33,133 nucleotides of DNA, taken from Nemertoderma westbladi (lineage: Eukaryota; Animalia; Xenacoelomorpha). The stretch is taken from positions 1-33,133 of the forward strand of contig JAUCBJ010003142.1 in the NCBI GenBank assembly GCA_032718475.1, in the 5' to 3' direction. The notes under the pieces were generated by a model. That model ran no database searches. It was not told where the DNA came from and saw nothing but the letters and a program-made list of their open reading frames with translations. Made by a program: the position numbers and the translations under genes. This document shows, piece after piece, positions 9,319 to 20,319 of this stretch (position 1 is the stretch's first letter; each line of letters begins with the position of its first letter).

Positions 9319-12274
9319 CTATTCCAGCAGGGTAACAGTAACTGCTCTTCCAGAGGTCCCTTTCCGTTTCGTCTCTTGGCGAACTCTATCGCTTTCCCGC
9401 TTTAATGCCGCAGTAATAGCCTTCTTTATTTGTATCTTGGAGGCGGTTTGGATATTTGCAACAACGATACCTTTTGAAGATATATTTAAAAATATATATT
9501 TTAAATTGGAAAACATGTCGATGTTATTTTATTAAACATTGATTCTGACCAGCAGTTAATCATAAAATCATATTACTTATCGCGATGAATATTACAGTAG
9601 TTTGTTAACGTCTCCTTATATTTCGTCAGAACACCTGCTAAGGGAAGTCATCAGAGAAGGAAAATAATGGTATAGCATCAACTGTGCGACTTTTCCCTTA
9701 AATCTCGACTGATATGCAACGATGCCCATTAGCACTGCTACTTTCTTGATAAAGCACCCATCTGCGGGGAAACCGTCCGACCAGTAGATCTCTATGGTTA
9801 CATTCAACTTATGGTCTCCAGCTGATAAAATATTTTATTTGTAGGTTTTTAAATATAGGCCTACAGTATGTACCGACAACCCTTATTTTCCATGGCCAAT
9901 TAATAAATATGTACAATTACATACTGGTAACAGTCATAATCAAAATATTGTATTATTTTTAAATCCATTTAGAATAAAACTCTGGTATACTAACTATTGA
10001 TCACATTAACGATGTTGGTCATCTCTACAAACTTTAAGCACTGGTTTGCCCCAGACCAATTAACTTTTACAAGAACTTCCGGAACAAATATGTGACGGAT
10101 TGTTGTTCTTACTACATCAAACACACCATGCCCATAGCAGCAAGGTTTAAGATATTTAATCTGAAATTTCAAAAACCGTTAAGTAATTACAGTACATATT
10201 ACAGAACTAAGTTTATTATTTAATTATTACGATGTAATAGTAATAAAGGCTTATCTTTCTTATCGCCGATTTCATATACTGTACATTACGATGTCAGTTT
10301 TCACATTTAATGGTTTCCAACTGTCTAACCGGATGTCGATTATGTTAAGACGGAAAGACTAACAAGCATTGATACAAACATGACGTTGTAAATTGGGAAA
10401 ACTGACATCAAAAACCCGAACTACAAAACACGTGATGGCTACTAGGGTGAATGAGTCATCTTGAGAGTAAGAAGTTCTTACTGTCAGTTAAAAAAACTGT
10501 TTTTATCTATTTAGCTGTTCTGCACCTTTTTAGCGATTAATGCCAAAGCTCTTTGTAGGCCTACTTACTTTACGAAAGGCGCCATATAATGTATATAATA
10601 ATTATTATTATGTATGAAATTCTTTAGCCATACAGTGTGATTTCGAATGTTTGTAAGGATATATACCGACAGATTAATGATTAACATATCACATTAACAA
10701 AAATGCTGGATAACTTGCAACTGTAATCCGCTTGCGTGTATTCTCCAACTCCTCATTTAATAATCGAATTTGGTCGCTCGATCTAATAGGTATCGAAACA
10801 GTGGCTGGCCAAATTTCACTTTTCTCTAACGACCCAGATGCTTGGATATGGTTGAACATTTTTCTCACGGTTTCGTCTAGTTGGTATAGGATTTGTCGAC
10901 AACCCTAGATAATAATTTAATCACTCATTCAGAATAATAATTTAAATTTTTAAATGATTCAAAATTTTATTTAGTCATTAAATATGATTAAATATGTTTT
11001 AAATTCTAAACAATGGCTAGTAAACATTAGGCCCTTCCTTTACCATACATACAATAAGTACTGTTTAGATATAGGGTATCTATTCTCTGCACTTAAGTAA
11101 CGGGATTTGAAACGGAATTTTTAACGGATTTGAAAGGAAGTCAACGCAATTACAGTACAGGCCACCAGAAAAAGCAGATTTCATCCAATGTGATCACATG
11201 TGAAGTGAACACATTTGTTCAAGTCATCTGATTGGCAGGTTATGGCGAGTTATCTACTGTAGCTAACTTGCTGGGACCAACAAAGGCTTAGTGTGCGGTG
11301 CGCCTGTATGTCTGATATCAGGTAGATGAGAGAGCCCACAGGACGTAACATTGCGGACATGGGCTGTATTGGTAGAGAGAGAACTACATACAAGACCACA
11401 GGGAGGTTCATGGAGTGTATGGGAGTGGATGGGTATATGGATGGACGAGCCTAGACCATTGAATAATTAATTTAGTGCAGGGAGATGTCGCGCCATTAGT
11501 CTGACACCGAGAGGGCACAGAGAAACACCAGAGGATGCCTTAACATCACTAACTATACTGTCTACTAGACACTATTAACCACACACTATAAAGGTAAACA
11601 AAATCCTTATCGCATTTCCGGCTGCAGTGAGGTCCTGGGTCCTGGTCCTGGGTTCTGTACTGGTGCTGGGTCCCATACTGGTCCTGGGTCCCGTAAATTC
11701 CCCAAAGTCCGCTGATCAACCAGAATCCTAAAGTAAGCAATAATTTAATAAAACCTGTTAATGTACAGTTTAAAAATAATCATACAATGTAATGAATGAG
11801 GTCTCTCAAATATCCTAATAGTAAGTAGAAATATTAATGATTTAGTAACTTTACGCTATTATCATTAATCTGGAGTGTTTTTTTGATATGACGGAATAAG
11901 TACCAGTGCAATAGCACATTTGTTATTGCAATGTTATAAAGCTAAAAATATGGAACAAAATAAGATAATTCTGAGGAGAATTTATGTTCTTAAAACACTT
12001 GCTTGATATGTAACAAAATAAACACAATATATTAATATTAACCGTTTGCTGGAAGTGACCTCCCAGTATCGATCATGGTGTCTCCATCTCCTGTCAGTCC
12101 TGTGCCTGTTTGCTCTGGCAGAGAACTCCCGCCACTACCTCCTGCTATTAGGCCTCCCATTATCTCCTCCTCTGCCATAACCTCCTCTTCCACCCTAACC
12201 TCCTCTCCACCGGTATCGCTAAGGCTACTGGTACACTCGATATCTTTATCGGCCTCCTGCTGATTGCTTTCCAT
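9319..12274 (-). CDS. Spliced gene (or pseudogene) encoding a DUF4806/BEN-like domain protein. Well-supported exons 10904-10719, 10160-9995, 9470-9319; candidate upstream exons 12274-12043, 11727-~11612, 11450-11268
   Basis: AG acceptors and GT/GC donors join in phase (0/0, 0/1, 1/stop) to give GCRQILYQLDETVRKMF...IPIRSSDQIRLLNEELENTRKRITV-IKYLKPCCYGHGVFDVVRTTIRHIFVPEVLVKVNWSGANQCLKFVEMTNIVNVIN-SIVVANIQTASKIQIKKAITAALKRESDR...LLE*. The NW.G...F and L...DR pattern fits DUF4806 as I recall it. Phases of the upstream exons are unresolved. Confidence 0.7.
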
Positions 12275-12362
12275 CTAAAAATAAATATGTTAAGCCTATT
12301 ATTTATATACCAGTATCATTTTCTATTTAACTTGTAATAATGTATTTAATACCGGTATATAT

Positions 12363-12490
12363 ATTAGACTGGTCCTCCTCCAACATAGCCCAAATTTTCA
12401 AGTTTCGAATTTCTAAGGTCTTACCCTCAAAAATGGTTCCTTTGACTAAAAAACGTTACACAAAAATTTTGATTGAAATATGTTGATGTT
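12363..12490. repeat. Probable DNA-transposon terminal fragment
   Basis: TAGACTGGTCC... followed by AATTTTCAAGTTTCGAATTT and CAAAAATTTT blocks resembles TIR arms of invertebrate non-autonomous elements. Pattern resemblance only. Confidence 0.25.
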
Positions 12491-12989
12491 TAGAAATTGT
12501 ACATTCCTTATCCATTACTGTACTTTCTATCGCAGTCCTCGAAAGCCCAACATATCCAGTTAATGGCCTCCTAAACAAGCATACAATGCATGAGTGAGAT
12601 TTTTGGTGATAAAATAATCAACAATCAAATCATCAAGCAAACTCTGACGTTAAGCAACCTAGCAATGAATGTGTAATATACTTAGAGATAGCTACCAACA
12701 ATGTCTAATGAGTATGATAGTACTCATTATATTATATATATAATATAGTCCTATCAATCAGTAGAGTATCATTGTGTTTATTAAACAACAGTGAGTCAAA
12801 TAGTTGTAGTGTACCCGGTAGATCTTGTTTAGTTTGTCATATTTGAGTTTGGGGGTGGGTCTTCTAGTTCATCTAGTATCAGAAGAGTAAGTACTCTTGC
12901 AGCTATCAGGGAAGCGTTGTTGATGGTCAGCTATAGTCTTTGCCAGATACTGAAACTGCTCTTCATTGTGGGTTAAAAGTGATGATAGT

Positions 12990-14695
12990 TCCTTACACAA
13001 GGCAACTCCGCGTTCAGCATTGTCATTAATGACTTCAAACTGTTACACCCGATATCCAGATGGCTGGGCTCGAGAGTACTTCGGTTCAAATTAAACGTCC
13101 CCGTAATTCCAAACCTCTTATAATTGGTACAATCTATCGCCCCGACTCTGTAGCTCACGCTGAATTCCTAACAGTACTGGACCCAACCCTTTCTAACCTT
13201 TCTAAAAATAACCTTGACATTGTTATAACTGGTGATATGAACATTAACCTACTTAAACTGAACACTGAATCATCTTCATATATCGATCTACTGACTTCGT
13301 ATGGTTTCGTCCAATTAATTAATCAACCTACTCGAATTTTTCACTCTGAACTTCCAGGACATACCATTCACTCTGAAACACTAATCGACCATATCTTTAC
13401 TAACATCACAACATCCTCCACCTTCCTATTCCGGTACAATTTCTTGTAAAATCGGCTCCAGCGACCACCAACCCACCTTTGTTATTCTCGAAAAATACTC
13501 CTCTTCTTCCATTGCCCCTAAACAAACATTTAAGTTCAATTTCTCAAACTTCAATCAATCTGTATTCGTCTCTGAAATTGAGTCTCTGAGCACTAGTACC
13601 TTTACTAATAACTTGAACACTTCCGATAAATTCGACAACTTTTACAATGACCTTCCTTAATAACATTTGTTCTAGCACGTCCCCCGTACCGCAGTCCCCC
13701 CTCGTTCCATTCCTCTTAAACCATGGATGGATGACCGATAACTTAATTAACTGTACCCTTACAAAAAATAAACTGTACCGTGCCTATATTAAAAACCCCT
13801 CTCAAAATAATCACTTAGTTTTTACAACTTACCGCAACCAATTAACCTCTACCCTCCGTACTGCTGAAAAAATTATTACGCTAGACAGTTTAAAACTAAT
13901 GCCGGAAATATTAAGAAAACCTGGTTTATAATTAATTCAGCTTTAAATAGAAACAATAAATCCAAACTCCCTACAAAACTTACCATTAAAACTGATCTTA
14001 CTATTAAAACGATTACTGACCCATCTTCCATAGCTGAGCTTTTTAATATATAATTCTCCACTATTGGACAATCACTATCCAGTACTATTCCTACATCGCC
14101 GCGCAGACCAACCCGACATATTAACCCACCTCGTAACTCTTTCTCCCTAATCGAAACCTGCCCCGTTGAAGTTGAATTCAAACTACTCCAGCTAGACCCC
14201 CACACTTCTTCAAACGACCCATTTCCAACTACAGTAGATTGCTCATTCTGGCTGCTAAACCATTATCTCTCATACTAAGTGACCTCTTCAATATTTCTAT
14301 TACCCATGTTTTTTTCCCAGACGCATTAAAAAAAGCGAAAGTTATCCTCGTTTTTAAATCAGGTGACAACTCCGATCGCAATAACTACCGCCCAATTTCT
14401 CTTTTGCCCATATTAAGTAAAGTATTCGAACAAATAATTAACTCTCAGCTACTATCATACTTACACAAATTCTCCATCCTATCATCATGCCAGTACGGTT
14501 TCCGCCCAAAAACATCCACCACCCATGCTCTGTTATCTGTCATTGAAAAAATGCATCAATATCTTGACGATCAAAATTATTCTTGTGTCATTTACATCGA
14601 TCTAAAAAAGCCTTTGATACTATTAACCACGACATTCTTCTCCAGAAACTCTCATGCTATGGTATTCGCGGCCCTCCACTTAAATTATTTTCCAT
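12990..14695 (+). mobile_element. CR1/L2-group LINE ORF2 fragment (APE C-terminal half, linker, RT N-terminal half) with several frameshifts
   Basis: Motifs spread over shifting frames: GTIYRP, ITGDMNINLL, QLINQPTR, LIDHIFTN, SDHQP, PWMT, KAKVILVFKSGD, NYRPISLLPILSKVFE, QYGFRP, and IDLKK/AFDTINHDILLQKL. Truncated before the YADD motif. Confidence 0.93.
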
Positions 14696-14987
14696 CAATC
14701 CAGGTTGTTGAGTAGAGGCCACTGCCACAGAACCTCTAAAAGGTGAGGCGTATCATGGTGGTGGGTTCGGTGTCGGAATGGGAGGGGTGGACGAAATGTC
14801 CTCCTCATATGGGAGAGAAACTCCCGACACAACTGTAGAACAGAAGTCAGAAGCTGGTGATATTAATGTGGCAATGGGGGTACACCGAGATGGAAGATGT
14901 CATCAGTATCCGGGCAAATCCATCCGGAGCCAATCCAGAGCTTCTGTTGTTAAAATTTCAATTAAAATAATTCGTTTTTTAATTAGT

Positions 14988-15822
14988 ATAAAAAACACAA
15001 GGGTCATAAACGCTGAATAGTGCCCTTTTCTCACAATGGTGTCTGTAATTTTGTTACATTATGTCAACTTATCGGCGTTCTGGAAGATTAATTAGAAGAC
15101 CGTTAGGGCTTATTGCTTCCAAAAAAAACGTCTGTTTGTGTGTGTGTTAGTTTGTGTGTTTGTTTGTTTTGGTGTTTGTCGTTATGTTCACATTGATATT
15201 GGTTGGCTTAAGAAGCCCTGACGGTCTTCTTAAAGCCAGCTTAATGACTTTCTTTTCTAGTTATTAGCTTTAATATTGTAATGTTTAGGAATATTAATGA
15301 AATCAATATCCTTTTTATGCAAATATTTGCAGTAAAGGTAACAGCAGTACGGTAAATATTCTTACGCTTAGCCTGCAATGGCTATCATCAAGTTTTTGAT
15401 CCGAATATCCCCTAAAATCGGGAGAAAAAGAAGCACCTTTTCCCATAGGGAAATAAGTATCCCATAGGATTGAATTTAATTTAATTTTTTTCACGGAGAA
15501 AAAAGCAACATAATGAAAATAAGAAAATGTGAAAACAATTTTGGTGGAATTTCTTAAATTTTATTACATGAATCAAAAGTGCATCGATGTAAAAAAAGTT
15601 AGCATGCAATTTCAGCAAAATCCATGCGCACACTCAAAAGTTATTGTAACTTTCAGTATTTGCAAGAAATGTTTGGTTAGAGCGCCAAAACGCTAAACAT
15701 TACAATACTAAAGCTAAAAATTAAGCATTCAGAACGCCGATAAGTTGACATAATGTAACAAAATCACGTACACCATTGTGTTGAATGGACACTATTCATC
15801 GTTTATGACCCTTGTATATTTA
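14988..15822. mobile_element. Non-autonomous element bounded by ~95-bp inverted repeats
   Basis: 14997-15082 (ACAAGGGTCATAAACG...TTTTGTTACATTATGTCAACTTATCGGCGTTCTG) is the near reverse complement of 15730-15815. Confidence 0.8.
15091..15260 (+). mobile_element. HINE/DINE-1-like (Helentron-type non-autonomous) mini-element
   Basis: Subterminal IR AGAAGACCGTTAGGGCTT (15094-15111) / AAGCCCTGACGGTCTTCT (15213-15230), 17 of 18 matching. Internal GT/GTTT microsatellite (~15130-15180), 3' hairpin GGCTTAAGAAG...CTTCTTAAAGCC, and a CTAG end at 15257-15260 followed by TT. Confidence 0.6.
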
Positions 15823-16159
15823 TGTAAGCGTCCATCGTTGCGCTCACTCGGTACATAAATACACTCGGGTCTTAACTAACAGTGTGTCCCAGTTTTCCCA
15901 CAATAAAGTAAATAGTATTTAGTATTATTATTTAGGTTCATTACAGTTAGCCATTAGGTGGTGCATCGTTGTACAGCTGTCCTTAAGTTTCTCCATTAGA
16001 ATCAACATTTCGCTAAGTATTTGCGTGGCGACAATGAAAAGATCTAATGACAGGACTTAATGACACAGGAATTATTGTCATTCAGAGTTAGACGAAATAA
16101 TTTGGGAAAGGGGAATAAAATACGCTCCTATTGCCCAATGCAATATGCCGACCTCTAAA

Positions 16160-16213
16160 CCACCAACAACAATAAGAATACAATAATAACAATAACAATA
16201 AGAACAACAATAA
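16160..16213. repeat. Degenerate (AATAAC/AAC)n microsatellite
   Basis: ACCAACAACAATAAGAATACAATAATAACAATAACAATAAGAACAACAATAAG; it abuts the 3' end of the exonuclease/knuckle ORF. Confidence 0.8.
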
Positions 16214-18383
16214 GTAAACGGAAGTCTCTGTTTAATGATCTCCAGGTGGGCCTCCTGGTTGATATTAAAGAAGCCCCACCGGAATTCCTGGGCCTTCATC
16301 CGCTGTTGGGTCATGGCGCCGACATCGGCCCACTCCTCGAAAATCCTAAACTTCTCCTCGTCATCCATCCAGTCATACTGGCGTCCATAATGCCCCCGGA
16401 AGTTGCACTTAGAACACCGGTTGTGCAACCGTGGACACCCCCCCATCCTGTCACTCGACTCACGGCAGTAGAGACAACTAGTCCCTTTCTGGAATCGGTA
16501 CAAGCAGCTCCTTTCCTGGTGAGTCTGCCTCCCATAGTAATCGCAGCCGAGTACCAATGCCTCCCGCCCCATGTCGTCTTTCGTCCCAAGTGATCTCCTC
16601 GGTCTGTGGAGTCGCTGGTAAGCGAACTTCTGGACGTTAGTGTCCCTGTCCACGTCTATCTCCTCGCCCCGCCCGGGCATCGTCTCTCCGATTACTACCC
16701 GTGGTGCCGTTCCTGGTTGCTCGCCCAACCTGATGGTGCTCCCCGCGAAATCCATTGCCGGCTCCTCATGCACCCAGGCCCGCTTGCCGGGTCTATCCCA
16801 GAAGGCCCTCGCCCAGCTGGCCGTCACCACCCTCCCGCCAACCCAGTCCTATGGCCGATTCTCCCGATGGGCGGCATCTCTCCGAACTCATCGTCATCCT
16901 CATCCTCCTTTGCGTGTGGCTCCAATCCCGGTATCCCGGTGGATCCACTGTGACCCTTCCCACCTTGGCTCTCGCCCATGACTCTCCATCCTTCCAGTTC
17001 ACCTGGCCTCCTCTGCGTGAAATCGCCCTCGGCGCCCGCTGGTATGGGCGTCGCCTGCAATCCCGATGTCGACTGTTTCGGTGATCCCACCGTCCACCCC
17101 AATTCTCACCCTAGAGACTCGCCCGAACTCCCTGATGTCCAGTGTAGCTTGTCTAAGGCCGCCTGTTCCTCGAATCCATAGCTCTCCCTTCTTGCTTCCT
17201 CCTCCCTTTCTTCTGCCTTCCTCCTTTCTTGCGTAGCGATTTCTTCCAATCACTTCGCCTCTCGTCTATCCGCCTCTAGCTGCTCCCACCTCTGATATAG
17301 CGTATCCACCTCCCCGTCTACTAGATATCGGCAGTTATAATATACTGACTCGCCCTTCAGCCCCGGGTGGTCTACCAGACCCTCGAAAGCCATTTTGAAG
17401 GCTCTTCTGTAGTTCAGGGGTGATCCCGATAACAGGAATGCCGTTGGTTCTCTCTCGATAACCACGGTCATGAATAGGTTTAGCAAACCTATCATTATCC
17501 AGTCCTCCTGCAGGATATATCGCTTCTGATATACCTTTATCGCTCCTCTCCGGAATTGATACACCTCTTGCTTCCCCGGTCTCACTCCCCACTTCAGCGA
17601 GTTTGCCAACTCCGCTCCGTACTCCTCTCTGAATTTACCCCAGTCCATTGGTTTGTGACACACGAGCCCCATTAGTTGGCCCATCGCCACCGCTCCACAA
17701 TGGCCTGCGTTCTCTACTAGTCCCAACCCGTCTGGCCCTGCCATAGCCATGTAGACCGTCTGCATGTCCAGGAGGTTGGGGGTGTCCAGACCGATGATCC
17801 TCTCCGCATCGTCGCGGATCGCCGATCCCACCTTTATCGTCGACTTCTCTCTTACTAGGGTTTGCACCGCCTTTGGCAACCGGTTCAACTTCGGCCCGTT
17901 CTTCTTCCCATACGTTCCCAGGTCGAATAGGAAAATGTCCCCAATTGGCGCGGCCAAATGCAGGAGTATGGTTCTGGCCGACCCCGCCGAGCCTCTCTTC
18001 GAACCTTCCTCGTCCACCACGGTCCCCTCATCGTCTAGGACCATATATCCTCCCCTGCTGACGGACTCTACGAATCTCTTCCAGTCCTTTCTCGGTGGTT
18101 CCTTTGGGTACTTTGGTATCCCGAACTTCACCTCGTCTCCCTTCACCACGTAGTGGAAATGCTCAAAGATTGCGTTGTCTAGCGACGGTGTCCCGTAGGT
18201 CCCGACCAGCCGCTGTTCGTGCACCTCCCTGAAATTGTCCTGCAGCGCTCACGCTTTGTGACCCCTCTCTAACCGCTCGTAGTATCCCCTCGTCTTCTCT
18301 TCCGAATGCCTCTCGGTGAAATCCACCAGTATCTCCTTTCCTCCCAACTCCGCCTTTCTCTTTCGAACAAGTTTCTCCGCCAT
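16213..18383 (-). pseudogene. Disrupted intronless ORF: DEDDy (WRN/EXD/RNase D-like) 3'-5' exonuclease, charged/acidic linker, and three CCHC-spaced zinc knuckles
   Basis: ATG at 18383 (MAEKLVRKRK...) is in frame with the 324-aa ORF across a TGA at 18251-18249. Motifs: ExoI VLDDEG, LLHLA...IFLFDL, LP..V..L...IKVGSAIRDD (ExoII), LLDMQ, K..DW, ExoIII QKRYILQED. TGA at 17252-17250, frameshifts at ~16.8-17.1 kb, knuckles at 16545-16375. Confidence 0.8.
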
Positions 18384-18785
18384 TTCGAACTCTCCCAATC
18401 GCTGACCTATAAGGTGGTGCCTTGCCAAGGCGCAATACAGATGAGTGATGAAGTTAGGATGGTTTGTACTGTCCGATAATGGCCTACCTCTCGCTGAATG
18501 TCAGGTTATTGCCTAATTTTCTTATCTTATTTTCTAAAAGTGCTAATTTCTACCAAATTTCGTAATTCTGTCCGTTACTTTAATTATGTTCTGGAATATT
18601 TTCCCTACTACTGTTACCATAATTTGTTTAATTTCTAATTTCTAATATTTATTTTAATTCTATGACTGTGCTATCAATTTACTAATGGATTATTTCTATT
18701 CTAATCCATATTCTGGCCTACTCTATGGGCTTGTGCAGTACAGCAGTACGTCTCGTGCGGCCTACACGATCTGCCCAGCTGTACC

Positions 18786-19582
18786 CATGTGCCCCCCCTC
18801 ACGCTACTCACTACTAACTTCCTAGCTAATTTCTACTAACTCTTACTAACTCTTACTGTATACTATATACCATCTTACCACTAACTCTTACTACTAACGG
18901 TACTATACGTACCCTCTTACTAACTTCTCTAACTCCACTAACTCTTACTGCCGGTACTACGTACCCTCTTACTAACTTCTCTAACTCCACTAACTCTTAT
19001 TGCCGGTAATATGTACCCTCTTACTAACTTCTCTAACATGTGCCCCCCCTCTCGCTACTCACTACTAACTTCCTAGCTAATTTCTACTAACTCTTACTAA
19101 CTCTTACTGTATACTATATACCATCTTACCACTAACTCTTACTACTAACGGTACTATACGTACCCTCTTACTAACTTCTCTAACTCCACTAACTCTTACT
19201 GCCGGTACTACGTACCCTCTTACTAACTTCTCTAACTCCACTAACTCTTATTGCCGGTAATACGTACCCTCTTACTAACTTCTCTAACTCCACTAACTCT
19301 TACTGCCGGTACTACATACCCTCTTACTAACTTCTCTAACTCCACTAATTCTTACTGCCGGTACTACGTACCCTCTTACTAACTTCTCTAACTCCACTAA
19401 CTCTTACTGCCGGTACTACGTACCCTCTTACTACTAACTAACCCTCCAACTAATGGTACTATGTAACCTCTTACTACTAACTAACTCTCCAACTAACGGT
19501 ACTACGTACCCTCTTACTACTAACTAACTCTCCAACTAATGGTACTACGTACCCTCTTACTACTAACTAACTCTCCAACTAA
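18786..19582. repeat. Compound strand-asymmetric tandem array: 52-bp units, 43-bp units and a ~251-bp higher-order duplication
   Basis: 52-bp unit GGTACTACGTACCCTCTTACTAACTTCTCTAACTCCACTAACTCTTACTGCC (e.g. 18953, 19005). 43-bp units start at 19455, 19498 and 19541. The block starting CATGTGCCCCCCC is duplicated at 18786 and 19037. The + strand is very G-poor outside the palindrome. Confidence 0.97.
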
Positions 19583-20149
19583 CTTGTCAATCACTCCACC
19601 CACGCTCAACTCCAACTCAACTCGCCTTATCATGGGCACTAAGATACAGACTGGGCTGGGTGGGTACTGGCGCCCTTGAACATTCAAACTGTAGTACCTA
19701 CAACCCAACTGTACCTTAAGCCGACCTGAGGGAACAGCCCATTAGTGAGGTCGGTATTTCTCTTTATTCCTGCCGCTATATTTGTATAACACAAAGGAAA
19801 GCTAACCAAAGGTCTACCCCCCAAGAAAGACAAGTTGGCTACCATTGAAATGAATAGGCAATGGAATTCTGTGTTCACATCTTAATGTTGTCTTGGGTCG
19901 GTTTAAACAGAGCCATACAATCCATACAATAGAGAGCTTTACCGAAATACACTTCCAAAGAGCCAAGCAGCAGTGGTGGGATAGCTCCAAAATGCTCGGA
20001 TGTAGGATTTCTTCGAAAAAGGCCCAATTTATTTAAGTTACAGCAAAATACTGATAAATATATTTTGCTTTTCACAGGAGAGACAGTATCCTGTTCTACT
20101 CTACAGGTATTAGTGTATGTACATGTGTTAATTATTATAGCATTCAGGT

Positions 20150-20319
20150 GTAAAATACCGCGTTTTGTCCCCCCCCCCCCCTCCCCCCTCTTATGTGACA
20201 CACTATCACCATGTTGGACCCCGTCCCTGCGTCCCCCCCTCCCTTGTGAAGATAAGGAGACTTTCGAAGCAATCAAAATTAATTCTTCTCGATTTGAAAC
20301 CCGGTGCTAGAGAGGTTAA
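20150..20319. mobile_element. piggyBac-like element right end (fragment)
   Basis: CCCGGTGCTAGAGAGG|TTAA at 20300-20319 reads TTAA|CCTCTCTAGCACCGGG on the minus strand. C-runs lie internally. Confidence 0.35.

Noticed and set aside
14700-15020. 80-aa ORF following the LINE fragment
   Set aside because: Not a continuation of RT, has no motif, and runs into the inverted-repeat arm.
16246-18153. Plus-strand ORFs over the exonuclease/knuckle gene
   Set aside because: Antisense shadows; the recognisable motifs and the synonymous-change pattern are on the minus strand.
18786-19582. Telomeric repeat or CRISPR array
   Set aside because: No (TTAGGG)n or (TTAGG)n runs and no unique spacers; only TTAG-containing longer units.
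19684-20276. Minus-strand ORFs of 64 and 133 aa
   Set aside because: No recognisable motif, and partly translated C-run repeat. Cannot be supported as coding, though a relic is not excluded.
1225-20319. One 19-kb piggyBac element bounded by TTAA|CCCTATTAGTACCGGG and CCCGGTGCTAGAGAGG|TTAA
   Set aside because: Only 11 of 16 terminal bases match and no piggyBac transposase lies between. More likely the ends of two related elements.
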